Assembly (NCBI GenBank): GCA_964036045.1
Contig: OZ038378.1
Span: forward strand, 7,564,001-7,628,000
DNA length: 64,000 nucleotides
Origin: Eutreptiella sp. 'Long Island Sound 2002'
Lineage: Eukaryota > Protista > Euglenida
Reading direction: 5' to 3'
Part shown: positions 50,201 to 61,065 of the stretch, in pieces
Layout of the letters: each line of letters opens with the position of its first letter
Position numbering within the stretch: position 1 is the first letter of the stretch
Position numbers and translations under genes: made by a program
Notes under the pieces: model-generated
What the model was told of the DNA's origin: nothing
Seen by the model: only the letters and a program-made list of their open reading frames with translations
Database searches by the model: none

Positions 50201-53200
50201 GTGCTTGAGAGGCTGCACAGGGCTAAGTGGGGGAATAGGCGAGCATCTCAAGTCATCACCGCCCACAGCATCGGAACTCACCAAAGGGAATTAGGTAAGC
50301 GCACGAAGCGCACTACGGACTCTGAGGGCCCAGAGGGCGGTAAGGAGATGGTCTAAGTGCCCAGCATGGCTTGCATGGTGGGTTGTTTGCGAGCTGAGAA
50401 TGCTCCGTCGCGGAACTTGGACACGAACAAATTGTTGGCTGCAAATCAGTTGGACCACACCGTCTGAGCATTGGTTGGATGTATTGATGACCGTGCTCCG
50501 CTCTGTAACTTAGCCTTATCGACCTCGGCCATTGCTCCGCACTGTAATCTGGAGTATGCGCTGTGAGGGGGTGTCTTGTTCTGCTACCAACAGAGGACCC
50601 TCATCGCACTCTAGGGGTCCAAGAAACAGTTGTGAAGCATGTTTTAGACCCTGTCTACGTGTTCTTCAACCAGTCACCCTTTTGGCGCTCGGGAATGGGG
50701 TCTCTGCGAGGTGCCTTGTGAAGACGTTTGCAGATTTCATTCTTTGGCTGGCTTGTGTCTGGTTCAGGCTCTAAAGCCATCGAAAAAACTTTGCACTGCA
50801 TGTGCACTGCATGCATGATGCGTGCCCCTGCATCTGCACGCAGATCCATGCATTCAAAACCAGAACCCGATCCACCAAATGCACGGAAACAACGGAAAAC
50901 TATCACTGTTGACAGAACAAGATGCCTCTTCTGAACATTAGCAGATGCTGTCGACATTTGTTGCCAATTGCGTGCCTCTTGTCGCCTTGAGCACAGCAAC
51001 TTATGGCGAATTCAAGCACGATCCCAGCCTAAGCAAAGGATGTCATAGGTGTCATGGCAATACAACGCAACATTCATTCAGCCCTGGCAAACCCGTACTT
51101 TGTGCAAACACGGTCTCCCTTTTCCCCACCTCTGTCCTCTGTTTTCAACCCCTCCAAGGCCCAGCCCTGTGGCTGCCCTCCCCTCTTCTCAGGTCTGTGA
51201 CGTCATCACAATCAATTGCCCGCTGCATTCGGAGACGCAGTACCTCTTCAACGCAGACCTCATCTCCCAAATGAAGCGGGGCTCGTATCTGATTAACACC
51301 GCCCGTGGGAAGATCTGCGACCCTCGGGCTGTTGCCCAGGCGCTGGAGTCTGGCCAATTGGCCGGATACGCAGGCGACGTGTGGTTTCCTCAGCCAGCCC
51401 CTCAGGACCACCCCTGGAGGACCATGCCCCACCACGGCATGACGCCCCACATCTCGGGCACCACCTTGAGCGCCCAGGTACGTCTCGTGCGCGTGTACTG
51501 GGCAGCCTTTTTCCCGGTTTTTTCATTTGGGGAGGCAGTCAATAATGGACAAGTCAAGGGGCTGGCTTCGGAGAAGTGGCACAATTGACAGAGCTGTTAA
51601 TCGGTCTCTATGAACTTCGGTCAGACACGTCAAGACTGTTTTTGGGTGATTCAACTGGCAACAGGAGTGTGATGGACAGCCGAGGCAACAATGGCATTGG
51701 CTGGAAGCCAGTGGGTGAACTGTTGGTACTTGGTGTTAGGCTGCGGGAGACATGACCTTTGTTGTGCTGATGCTTGTTGGTGGTATGAGATTTCAGTGCC
51801 TCGCTATCAGGCAAACAAGAATTTCCAGGACCCTAACCCTAGCTTTACAGGTTGAAAGGCTGGAAGGAGGGGGGAGGGGGGGGGGCTTCCCCCCACCTCC
51901 CAGATCCTTTTAAACCAATGATGCCTTGGACGGATCCGCTAGTACCGCCGCCAGTCTGGACCCTCAGGGGTTGATTTCGGGTGTTTTGCCGGTCGACCCT
52001 CTTTTAAGGGGGACCGTATAACCCCCCCCTGCCTCTGTGACCGTCCCCCTCCCCCCCTTCCCGCAGTTGAAATTCTTCCCCCGCTTCTTTTGGCATCCGC
52101 CGTCCCCTTCCCTCCATCGGGCGGGACAACTGGGCAGGGCGTGTTTTCCAGTGCTGGTATTGGCGTCTCTCAAGCCCTCCTGCGGCGTTTCTAGCGTTTC
52201 AGCAACCTACGCAGTGGGTGCCCCGCTGTGCAGTCGTGGGCGCCGCTGCATCTGTGGGTTGCCATCACCGCCGCAATTCAGTCGATGCACAAAGTCAACC
52301 AAACGTCCCCCATTTGTCCCCAACATTTGATCACGTTTGTGTGACACCACCAACAAGCTCCATAGGACAATGACAACCGGATTGGGTAGCAGTGGGCACC
52401 GCATTCTGGCACTGCCCTTCGTGAGGCCGAGGTCATGTTCGTCCATGATTGCCCTTGTCGGCCAGGTGCAGCACTGAGGCCTCAACGAGGCTCCAGCCTG
52501 AGTCTTGAGGGTATGGGAAGAGAGGGTGACTGCATTCGGCCATTGCTCCGCACTGTTATCTGGAGTATGCGCTGTGAGGGGGTGTCGTGTTCGGGTCCGT
52601 GGTAAAACTGAGTAAAATTTTTTTTTTTAAAAATTTTTTTTTAACTCAGTTTTAAAACTGAGTAAAAAAGCAATTTGTTACTCAGTAAGTGGGGTTTCTA
52701 CTCAGTTGCGAAACTGAGTAAAAAAAAAATTTTTTTTTTACTCAGTAAAAAACTGAGTAGAAAAATTTTTTTTTTTTTACTCAGTAAAAAACTGAGTAGA
52801 AAAAAATTTTTTTTTTACTCAGTAAAAAAATGAGTAGAAAAATTTTTTTTTTAAAAAAATTAGTAGAAAAAAGCCACTTTGCCCACTTGTGGGCCACTTC
52901 TGATTTTGGCCCCCGCTCTGAAGCGGTGGGGATCCCCGATACGGCAGGGGTGAGGTAGCCACTTTGCCCACTTGTGGGCCACTTCTGATTTTGGCCCCCG
53001 CTCTGAAGCGGTGGGGATCCCCGATACGGCAGGGGTGAGGTAGCCACTTTGCCCATTTGTGGGCCACTTCCGATTTTGCCCCCCGCTCTGAAGCGGTGGG
53101 GATCCCCGATACGGCAGGGGTGAGGTAGCCACTTTGCCCACTTGTGGGCCACTTCCGATTTTGCCCCCCGCTCTGAAGCGGTGGGGATCCCCGATACGGC

Positions 53201-55691
53201 AGGGGTGAGGTAGCCACTTTGCCCACTTGTGGGCCACTTCCGATTTTGCCCCCCGCTCTGAAGCGGTGGGGATCCCCGATACGGCAGGGGTGAGGTAGCC
53301 ACTTTGCCCACTTGTGGGCCACTTCCGATTTTGCCCCCCGCTCTGAAGCGGTGGGGATCCCCAATACGGCAGGGGTGAGGTAGCCACGTCCGCGCGTCCA
53401 TTGATATGTCTTTTGCACCACCGTTGATTGTGGTGCAAGTATATAATTCGGGCAATTACCATTGGGTGCTCCGCTTGTTGTTGATTGCCCCTACCCGTGA
53501 ATACCTTTGCCTTAAGTTTGACCCCCTACTTGACAAGCCACACATTGTTGGGGCAAACAAGGAGGAGTTGGCTGTTGTGGATGAGCTTGCGGAGCGAGAA
53601 GGCATCCAACCACAACAACGGAGGAAGTGGGCAACGTTTTTGTCTGCTTTCGGTTCCCTTGCATTTGCAATTGCACCCCTGTATTCCACCTTCACCAGGC
53701 AGGATGATTTTGTCAGTTGCCATCCGGCATGTTTGTTGATGTTGCATTGTGCCTTGTCTAGACGTGTTGTCAAAGGCGAATTGCAAGTGCCACAGGATAG
53801 ATTGTGGTTATTGCGTGAGATGGCACAAGCTACTTTGTACTACAGTGGTTCCAAGTTGGCCCCCACACCCCGGACCCAGGCAATGCATTGGGAGGTGTCT
53901 CGGTTGTACCCCACGCCCAAATCTGCAGACCCCCCTGACACATGCTTTTTTTGCGATGGCACACCCGCCATAGCGTGCCAGGAATGTAAGGTTCTTCATT
54001 GTACCTTCCATACCACTGTCTTGTGTCAGTCCGAGATTTGTGTAGGATTGTGCCAATTCCGGGCGGCCCCCGTTGCTGCTGCTGCTGCTGTTGTTGCTTT
54101 TGCTGCAGTTACTGCCGCCAATGCCACACATGCCACTCCTGCCAATGCCAATGCCGCTGATGACACCCGTCCCGGTGTGTGGATCCGTCGGAAGTGGTAT
54201 GCGTTGCCTCCTCAATACCCCCAAAATGCTGATGGTCAATTGGAAAATGACCAAGCATTTTGCAGAAAGCTGCATTTGGAAAAGAAAGAAGATCTCTTTG
54301 AGAGATGCAAGCTGAATCCCAGCCCGAGAGGCAAGCCTCACAAAAGACATACTAAGGCCGACTTGATCTTCAAGCGTGTCTTTTGTAACTACTTGTAAGT
54401 AGTTGGCCCCACCCTCCCTCCCTCCTCTGTGCATGCATGCATACGATACTCAACCCTCTTTGGTGAAGTGGTTGTGTGATCCCTCCCTCCTCTGTGCATG
54501 CATGCATACGGTACTCAACCCTCCTTGGTGAAGCGGTTGTGTGATATATATATGATGGTTTGGCCCGGGTGGGGCGCCACTAACACAAGTGGCCGGGAAT
54601 CGACTCGGGGGCCTTGTGCCCTTAAACAAAAGTACCACCTACCATCAAAGTGTGCAGTTTTTTGTGCAATTTTTTTTCAAAAAAAATTGTCTTTTTACTG
54701 AGTAAAAAAATTAATTTTTTTTTTAATTTTTTTTTTACTCAGTTTTACCTCAAATCTACTCAGTTTTACCACATTTTACTCAGTTTTACCTCGTCTGGTA
54801 CTCAGTTTTACCAAATACCCGTCGTGTTCTACTACCAACAGAGGACCCTCATCGCACTCTAGGGGTCCAAGAAACAGTTGTGAAGCATGTTTTAGACCCT
54901 GTCTACGTGTTCTTCAACCAGTCACCCTTTTGGCGCTCGGGAATGGGGTCTCTGCGAGGTGCCTTGTGAAGACGTTTGCAGATTTCATTCTTTGGCTGGC
55001 TTGTGTCTGGTTCAGGCTCTAAAGCCATCGAAAAAACTTTGCACTGCATGTGCACTGCATGCATGATGCGTGCCCCTGCATCTGCACGCAGATCCATGCA
55101 TTCAAAACCAGAACCCGATCCACCAAATGCACGGAAACAACGGAAAACTATCACTGTTGAAAGAACAAGATGCCTCTTCTGAACATTAGCAGATGCTGTC
55201 GACATTTGTTGCCAATTGCGTGCCTCTCGTCGCCTTGAGCACAGCAACTTATGGCGAATTCAAGCACGATCCCAGCCTAAGCAAAGGATGTCATAGGTGT
55301 CATGGCAATACAACGCAACATTCATTCAGCCCTGGCAAACCCGTACTTTGTGCAAACACGGTCCGAACGAGGTACAGGTAGTGACACAGTACCAAAAGTC
55401 TTGCACCGCATGCGCACTGCATGCACCAGAGCCCCTACCATATGCAGCAGGGTTTGGGAATGGAGTGGCCCTATGTGCCATACACCGCTGCAGGCACGGT
55501 ACGCGGCCGGCACCCGTGAGATCCTGGAGGCATATTTGGACGGTAAGCCCATCGTTGATGCGTACTACATCGTCAAGGATGGCAGACTTGCTGGGGCTGG
55601 TGCCCACGCCTACACCTCCGGCAACGTCACTGGGGGCTCCGACCAAGTCTCGCACTTCCTCGCTGGGGCGGGCCCTGATGCCGCACACTGA
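44482..55691 (+). CDS. fdh: NAD-dependent formate dehydrogenase, bacterial (Pseudomonas/Mycobacterium FDH-like) type with N-terminal presequence, 431 aa; join(44482..44979,48511..48825,51193..51477,55494..55691)
   Basis: Near-continuous match to Pseudomonas sp. 101 FDH: [129 protein letters not shown]. Three phase-0 GT..AG introns: 44980-48510, 48826-51192, 51478-55493. Confidence 0.97.
45190..45921 (+). repeat. Three degenerate ~100-nt units each ending in (CA)n, in FDH intron 1
   Basis: ccaaacattgctgcagt..tgtatga..ttgggcgtcacaca (~45190-45306), ccaaacattgctgcagt..tgtatgatagcgaacgct..ttgggtgtcacaca (~45514-45627), and partial ..tagcgaacgct..ttgggcaacacaca+(GA)n (~45815-45921). Confidence 0.75.
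46289..47293. mobile_element. Foldback-like MITE with nested inverted repeats, in FDH intron 1
   Basis: (TC)n + atgccaacacggtgggg on the left mirrors cccaccgcgttggcat + (GA)n on the right. Internal ~112-bp inverted arms at 46616-46728 and 46838-46951. A truncated sister copy lies at 631-848. Confidence 0.8.
50525..51115 (+). repeat. ~590-bp segment in FDH intron 2, duplicated in intron 3; this copy is the empty site of the MULE insertion
   Basis: Matches 52536-52592 + 54830-55363 with about 5 mismatches seen by eye. Confidence 0.95.
52872..53387. repeat. 85-bp tandem repeat, 6 near-identical copies, inside the MULE
   Basis: Units start at 52872, 52957, 53042, 53127, 53212 and 53297, with a partial unit at 53382. 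Confidence 0.97.
53406..54398 (+). CDS. Ulp1/peptidase C48-like cysteine protease domain plus Cys/His-rich zinc-finger-like region, 330 aa, carried by the MULE (possibly 5'-truncated)
   Basis: Ordered motifs [10 protein letters not shown] (His), FDPL (Asp), RQDDFVSC (Gln/Cys) fit the clan CE catalytic order. They are followed by CFFC..CQEC..HCTFH..C..IC..LC. Confidence 0.7.
   Translation: MSFAPPLIVVQVYNSGNYHWVLRLLLIAPTREYLCLKFDPLLDKPHIVGANKEELAVVDELAEREGIQPQQRRKWATFLSAFGSLAFAIAPLYSTFTRQDDFVSCHPACLLMLHCALSRRVVKGELQVPQDRLWLLREMAQATLYYSGSKLAPTPRTQAMHWEVSRLYPTPKSADPPDTCFFCDGTPAIACQECKVLHCTFHTTVLCQSEICVGLCQFRAAPVAAAAAVVAFAAVTAANATHATPANANAADDTRPGVWIRRKWYALPPQYPQNADGQLENDQAFCRKLHLEKKEDLFERCKLNPSPRGKPHKRHTKADLIFKRVFCNYL
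54411..54545. repeat. ~66-bp direct tandem duplication inside the MULE, downstream of the ORF
   Basis: ccctccctcctctgtgcatgcatgcatacg(a/g)tactcaaccctc(t/c)ttggtgaag(t/c)ggttgtgtgat occurs twice. Confidence 0.9.
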
Positions 55692-56189
55692 CCGCCTGTC
55701 AGCCCCTGTCAGCCCCTGGCTGGCTGCTGTGCATCTGTGTGCCCCTAAGTTATGACCGTTACGCCGCTGCAAACACCCTGTCCTCTGTACTAACGGCACC
55801 CATTGTGGCAAGACGTTGACGAGTGTTCCGGAATTTGAAGTGCGCATGCGGCCACGACACGTTGTGCAGGATGTTGATGCTTGCTTGTAGTCCCCCAATC
55901 CCTGCTTGCAAGGGTGGAGGGCGTCGTCGCCCCTTCTATGGATCCAAACCTTTCACCGGTTAGAAAGAACCTGGGCCCATTCTCCATATTTTTCCAGCGC
56001 TGCTTTGGTGTGGTAAGTGTTGCGTCCCATGTACATCTGATGAGCCAGAGTTGAGCGTGCCGTCCGATGTGGAGCCGTTGCAGCCCCTTCTCTTTTCAAG
56101 GGAGCTTAAGTCGCCATTTGAGAGGGGACGTTAGTGCGCCAGGTGGGTGCCGGGCATCTTTTTAGGCCGAAGTGTTTCAACCAACACTG

Positions 56190-56400
56190 TACTACCTCAC
56201 CTCTGTGCTCTGGGGACCCCGGGACCCCACTTTGATTCCTGTCCGCTTTGGAGATCCCGAGACAGCAGGGGTTACACAGCCACTTTTCACACCGTTCGTT
56301 CACCCTTCCGGTGCTATTGGAGACCCTGAGAAGGCAGGGTTTCTGTAGCCATTTCAGTTTCCCCCAAGAGGGCAGGGGCTGTGTAGCAATTTCAGTTTTT
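56190..56400. repeat. Degenerate relatives of the 85-bp repeat
   Basis: ggagatcccgagacagcaggggttacacagccactttt and ggagaccctgagaaggcagggtttctgtagccattt resemble ggggatccccgatacggcaggggtgaggtagccacttt. Confidence 0.6.
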
Positions 56401-59400
56401 GGATTTGGAGGCAGATCTGTCACCCCCATTCTGGACCATGGGAGCACGTTCCCCATCATGTCTGGAAGACTGCTGATGCAAGCAACTCAGCTGCCACGCA
56501 CAATGATGGAGCGGATGAGGTTGACAATTTGTGTATTGTGCTGCCAGAGGCACACCACCACACTTTGTGGTGAATGTAATGAAATTTTTTTAGTGTGCTG
56601 GGTGTATCGACCCACACATCTGTGGGGAAAACGAGGCACAATACATGTCACATGTGTTGAGCAAGTGGTTGTGTGCTCTATGTGCTCGAGAGGGAAGGGA
56701 TTGGGGTTGATTCTGGTCTGCGTGGGATGCTTCTCTCGGGGAGTATAAAGCTGCAGCCAATGTTGGGATGCTTTGTACAAGTAGCGCGCTGGGCCCGCAC
56801 CGGGCAAGTCCCTTCACATAGACCGCCTCATGGACCTACAGCCAAAGAATTGGTGGCGCAGGGCAACAGTCTTAGACAATGTATTATGCCTGCAAAATTG
56901 GGCCCATGAAGTCTGGGTCCTGGCAGGGATTGCAGCTACTGTTGCCGGCCCATACGTTCAACATCAAGGGTTGTCTCCATTGTTCTGGTCTGATGTGCCG
57001 TGCTCCGTCCAAAGTGCTCCTGTTGCCGGGAAGTTGGCTGATGTCGACACCATGCACCGTCACTTGGGGAGCGAAGTGCAACACCGGGGTCGGTCTCTCT
57101 TTGTACGTATTGGATTTGCGGAGGTGCCCTTGCGATTTGGACTTGCACTGCCCGTCTGTTGATGGCATTGACGCGAGCGTTGCTGTATGCCTCCGTGTCT
57201 GCATGTGTAGATTGCACGTTCCTGGGGTGGTCCACAATGCTTCGTGTTGGCTAGCGGTCGTGTGTGGGTATGGGTGTTGGAGCGCAATGAGAAGTGTCTC
57301 CATGCATGTGAGCGCACGAGCGTGTGCACGTGCGTCTCGTACGCCCATCTCTCTGCTCAGTTGCGCAGTGCATCTCATGGATCCCGCTCGCGCTCTTTGC
57401 GTCCGCCGCGTTGCTTCTTGCGTCCCGTCAGGATTTCTGTGTGTGATTGCCGTTCGCTTTTCAGCCGTGAAGGCGCCGGGTACATGGTTTGTGTCGTGCA
57501 TGGCTGCGTGCACACGTGCAGTCATGTGACCATGCCTTGCCATCGTGCCGCCTTACAGTCACATGATCCTTTTGTTTATACATACCAACGACGTGTGCAT
57601 CCCCTGGTCTGTGTGACTGCTTACGACTAGGCCAAGGACAATGCCCACTTTCCTGGAAAACTGGCTTCGATCCAGTATGCTGCATTGCTGCCAGCATGAG
57701 CGGACCTTCCAATGCTCTTTTGTATGAGCGGCAACATGAACACACGCCTTTGCCCGTAAGCGTTGCTGGCATTCCTCACTTTCTGCCTGTGGTCCAAACA
57801 CCCTCCCCGGTTATGGTTTACGCCCTCTGCCCCTCCCCACACCTCCGTGAGGCAAGACGGATATCGTGGCACCATGTGGCCAACAGACGGAGGAGCAACT
57901 TGGGTGCAGGAAACTGCCCTCAGTGCCTCGAAAAACGGCACCAGCACACAGCACCGCTGTATGCAAGGGGGTACATCAAAGGATGCGTACATACCCACAA
58001 CAAAACGGCCGTGCTCAAATCAACGCCCACCAAGGAACACCGCGTACAGAGGACAGGATGTGCGAACAAGGCTTCAATGAATCCCGAGTGTCCAGTCTTC
58101 ACCACTCAGCCGAGATAGAGGTCTTGGGGTCTTGCATCTCCTCCTTCCCCCTTCTTGTATTTTGGTGTTCAGAAAAACGGACCAAAGACCGAGGCCTAAA
58201 CACCTTCTTCCCGTTGTTTCGATTTTATTGTGAGGGTGACCCTCCAGGTGCAAACGGCCACTCCTACCGGTCACGGCTGTCCAGACCGTCGGAGGCGTGG
58301 CTGGAAATCGGCCTGAGTCAGCCCCCTGCAGCGATTCCCTACCCGCGCTGTTATAATATTGGAAGGAGCATGAGAGGGAGAACAGGCTCGCTCCATATAC
58401 AGTTCCTCCAGGATTTTGACATCCCTCTGAAAGTGGCAAATGGTGCTGAATCATTGGCGTCTGTCACAAAATTTCAAAATGGCAGTTAGTACAGTGCATT
58501 CAGCATAACGCAGCACATTTATGTGCGGCTCTTTCAGGAGCACCACCGAGCATGCACGGTAAGGGGCATTGGTCAAGTTTGGTCGGGCCAAGTGGGCATT
58601 GGTGTGGGAGCCTAGCCATCCGTTTGGGGCATTTTGAGGGGTGTCAACTGCTAACAACGGGGGTTTGATGAGGTCCCCTCCTAATTCGATTCTGAGCCAC
58701 ATAGGCTGAGCTACAGCCCATTCTTGGTTTTGTAGCCAAAAATGTGTAGATTCTGGGCCTGTTGTTGGTCATTTCTGGGACATGGTGTGGTGTTAGAGTG
58801 TGGTGTCAGAGGGTTAAACAAACTTCTTTGACGAAGGTAAGGCAAGCCAGTCGCAGCATATGGCATTCATTTCTCTTCGTTTGGCTGTTTTGAGGGGGCT
58901 TTTAGGACCGTTTTGGCCGAAACTGGGCTAGTAATACAGGTTACCTGCACAACTTGTCGCTTCTATTCTGGGTTGCTGTCTGTACGATGGTGGCACATTG
59001 GTAGCATCCAATGTGGCAACCAATCCCATTCACAAACACCCGTGACAACACGTTTGCTTAGCAGTGCAAAGTAGGTCGGAGCTTGTTTGTTTGTACTTTT
59101 GGAGGGGCATTATGAGGAAAAAAGGAAGCAAGACGACCCTAAACCTTGCATTCTTGTGTGAGGGAGGGAAGGAAGGATGTGTTGGACTCCTAGAAGCACC
59201 ACAACCTAACGGTGGCGGCTGTTGCTTTGCGCCCGGAGCCCGTGTATAATGTCACCCCCCCACACCGACACCCCATGGCAACACCACTATTTGGAATTGT
59301 CCAAGTGGTTCGGAGCTCGGCAGCTGGTGTATGGGTCGGAGCCTGGCTACCATTGTACGTCAGTTGAGGAGTGAGAAGGGATCACCATTTGAGTATAGTT

Positions 59401-61065
59401 ACGGCCATTTACACCGATTATGAAGGCATGTCTCCGTTGATATCCAGGGGACACAAGAAAATGAACAAGTGTATACCTGTTGTTGGGCGCTCGCAAGATC
59501 CGCCACCGAGGAAGTGGCGGGCGGATCCACCGAGGAGGTGGCAGGCGCAACCCCCGAGTGGACCCATCGGTCCACCTCTTCCAACCAATCCTCAGGGCTG
59601 GGTGGCGGAGGTGTGATGGCGGGACAAGCAGCGGCATCGGGTGTGGTCCTCCTATTCCGAGGGGCTTCCGGTGGGGTCCGGGACATTAGCAAGTTTGTTT
59701 GCTTGAAGGGGCTTTCCGCTCCCCATACCATTAGTCCTCCTCAAGGAAGAAGGACAAGAATGACACCGACCTCCAACTCCTCGTCCTCCAATGCCGGTGG
59801 CGCTGGCGCCATTGGGATGCACCAACACCACAGTAGCTCCTTCAACTAGGCGTCCACCACTCTGACTCTAAGGCCATCATCCATGTGGAGGAATCCATAG
59901 GCAAGATGGAAGGGGGCACCAAAGAGCTGAGAGGAGAGTCTTGAGAGAGTCCTAGGAAGGCGAGGGGCGCCCATCACTCCGTCAAGCCTTCGCAAGAGCG
60001 CTCGGGGCGACAATGGTGGTGCATGAGGAGGCGCAAGGGACGGAGAGGGAGGTAGGCGGTTCAAAGCCCAGTTTTTGGATGTCCCGCCAATGCAATCGTC
60101 AATTTCCACAAGCACGTTTGTGGCAATGTCACTTTTGCCTTGAGTAGATGAGAGCCGGACTATGGGTGACATTACCCATCTTTTTGAAGGGATTCGTACA
60201 AAAAGAGGGTCAAAGGGTGGGGTGGGGGGTTCGGCGAATGTGACACATACGTAAAGCTCAAGGCTATAAACCACTAGTTGTGCCTCGTCTCAACTTTTGT
60301 TTGCGCCTCCAATGTTTAGGCAGTTTTCCTGTCCAAGTCCTGTGCAGTTTTCTTGTGCTCTGCTTGTGCAAACCTTACATGCATACATCATAGCGTTTGT
60401 TCTCTCTTGCCTTTTGTTGCCCCCCGTGATGATACCATAGCCCTGCGCAGCCGAGGGGCACGGGTCATTTGACCGGGGATCCGGTCCACTTCCAATACAC
60501 AATATAGACGGCCTCCACGACAAACACTGACGCGGGCATCCATGCAAGTGGCCGAAAGATGGATTGCTATATCATTTAATTTAATTTGGAGGCGGTGTAT
60601 GGTGTTCACTCACAGTGTCCGCTTGATAGGTGCACATTTTACCAATTTTTTTTTACACCGTGGTCGTAGAACATAAAATGCATATCTTTTTGCAGCACAT
60701 GCGAGAGTGGTGCAAGCAACACCCCATATAGCGGGTCATAAGGGGAGCGTTAGCGTGCCGGGCGCGTGCCGGGAATCCTTTTTGGACCATTCCCCACTCG
60801 TGCCTATTTTTGCCCCCACATCACCAAACAATTTGGAGTACATTCTCGCCGTGTCTAAGAATTTGGCTCATCCTTTGCACCCAATTTATGACGATGGCAA
60901 GGGTGGTGGTTGGAAGTAGTGGGAGTGACATTTTGTGTTGTTGAAATCCCATGTTTCGGCTTATACAAGGTGCCTTGCAGAGAAGGTTTGCGGTCTAGTG
61001 CGGTCTACTTGGGGGACTTCCCAACGTGAGGATAAACCTGGGGCTAGAGATAAGATACTTAACAC

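Larger units (their letters stand above)
52593..54820 (+). mobile_element. Mutator(MULE)/Foldback-like non-autonomous DNA transposon, 2228 bp
   Basis: 9-bp TSD GTCGTGTTC at 52584-52592 and 54821-54829. TIR GGGT(CCG/ATT)TGGTAAAACTGAGTA. Subterminal arrays of ACTGAGTA/TACTCAGT with A/T runs at both ends. Empty site at 50573-50581. Confidence 0.92.

Noticed and set aside
48973-50356. Short ORFs in FDH intron 2 with a retroelement-like flavour
   Set aside because: No recognisable motif and multiple stops; cannot be supported without a search.
56456-56700. Cys-rich peptide (ICVLCC..TTTLCGECNEIF) resembling a piggyBac C-terminal finger
   Set aside because: No upstream DDD transposase, TTAA TSD or TIR could be found; too weak to call.
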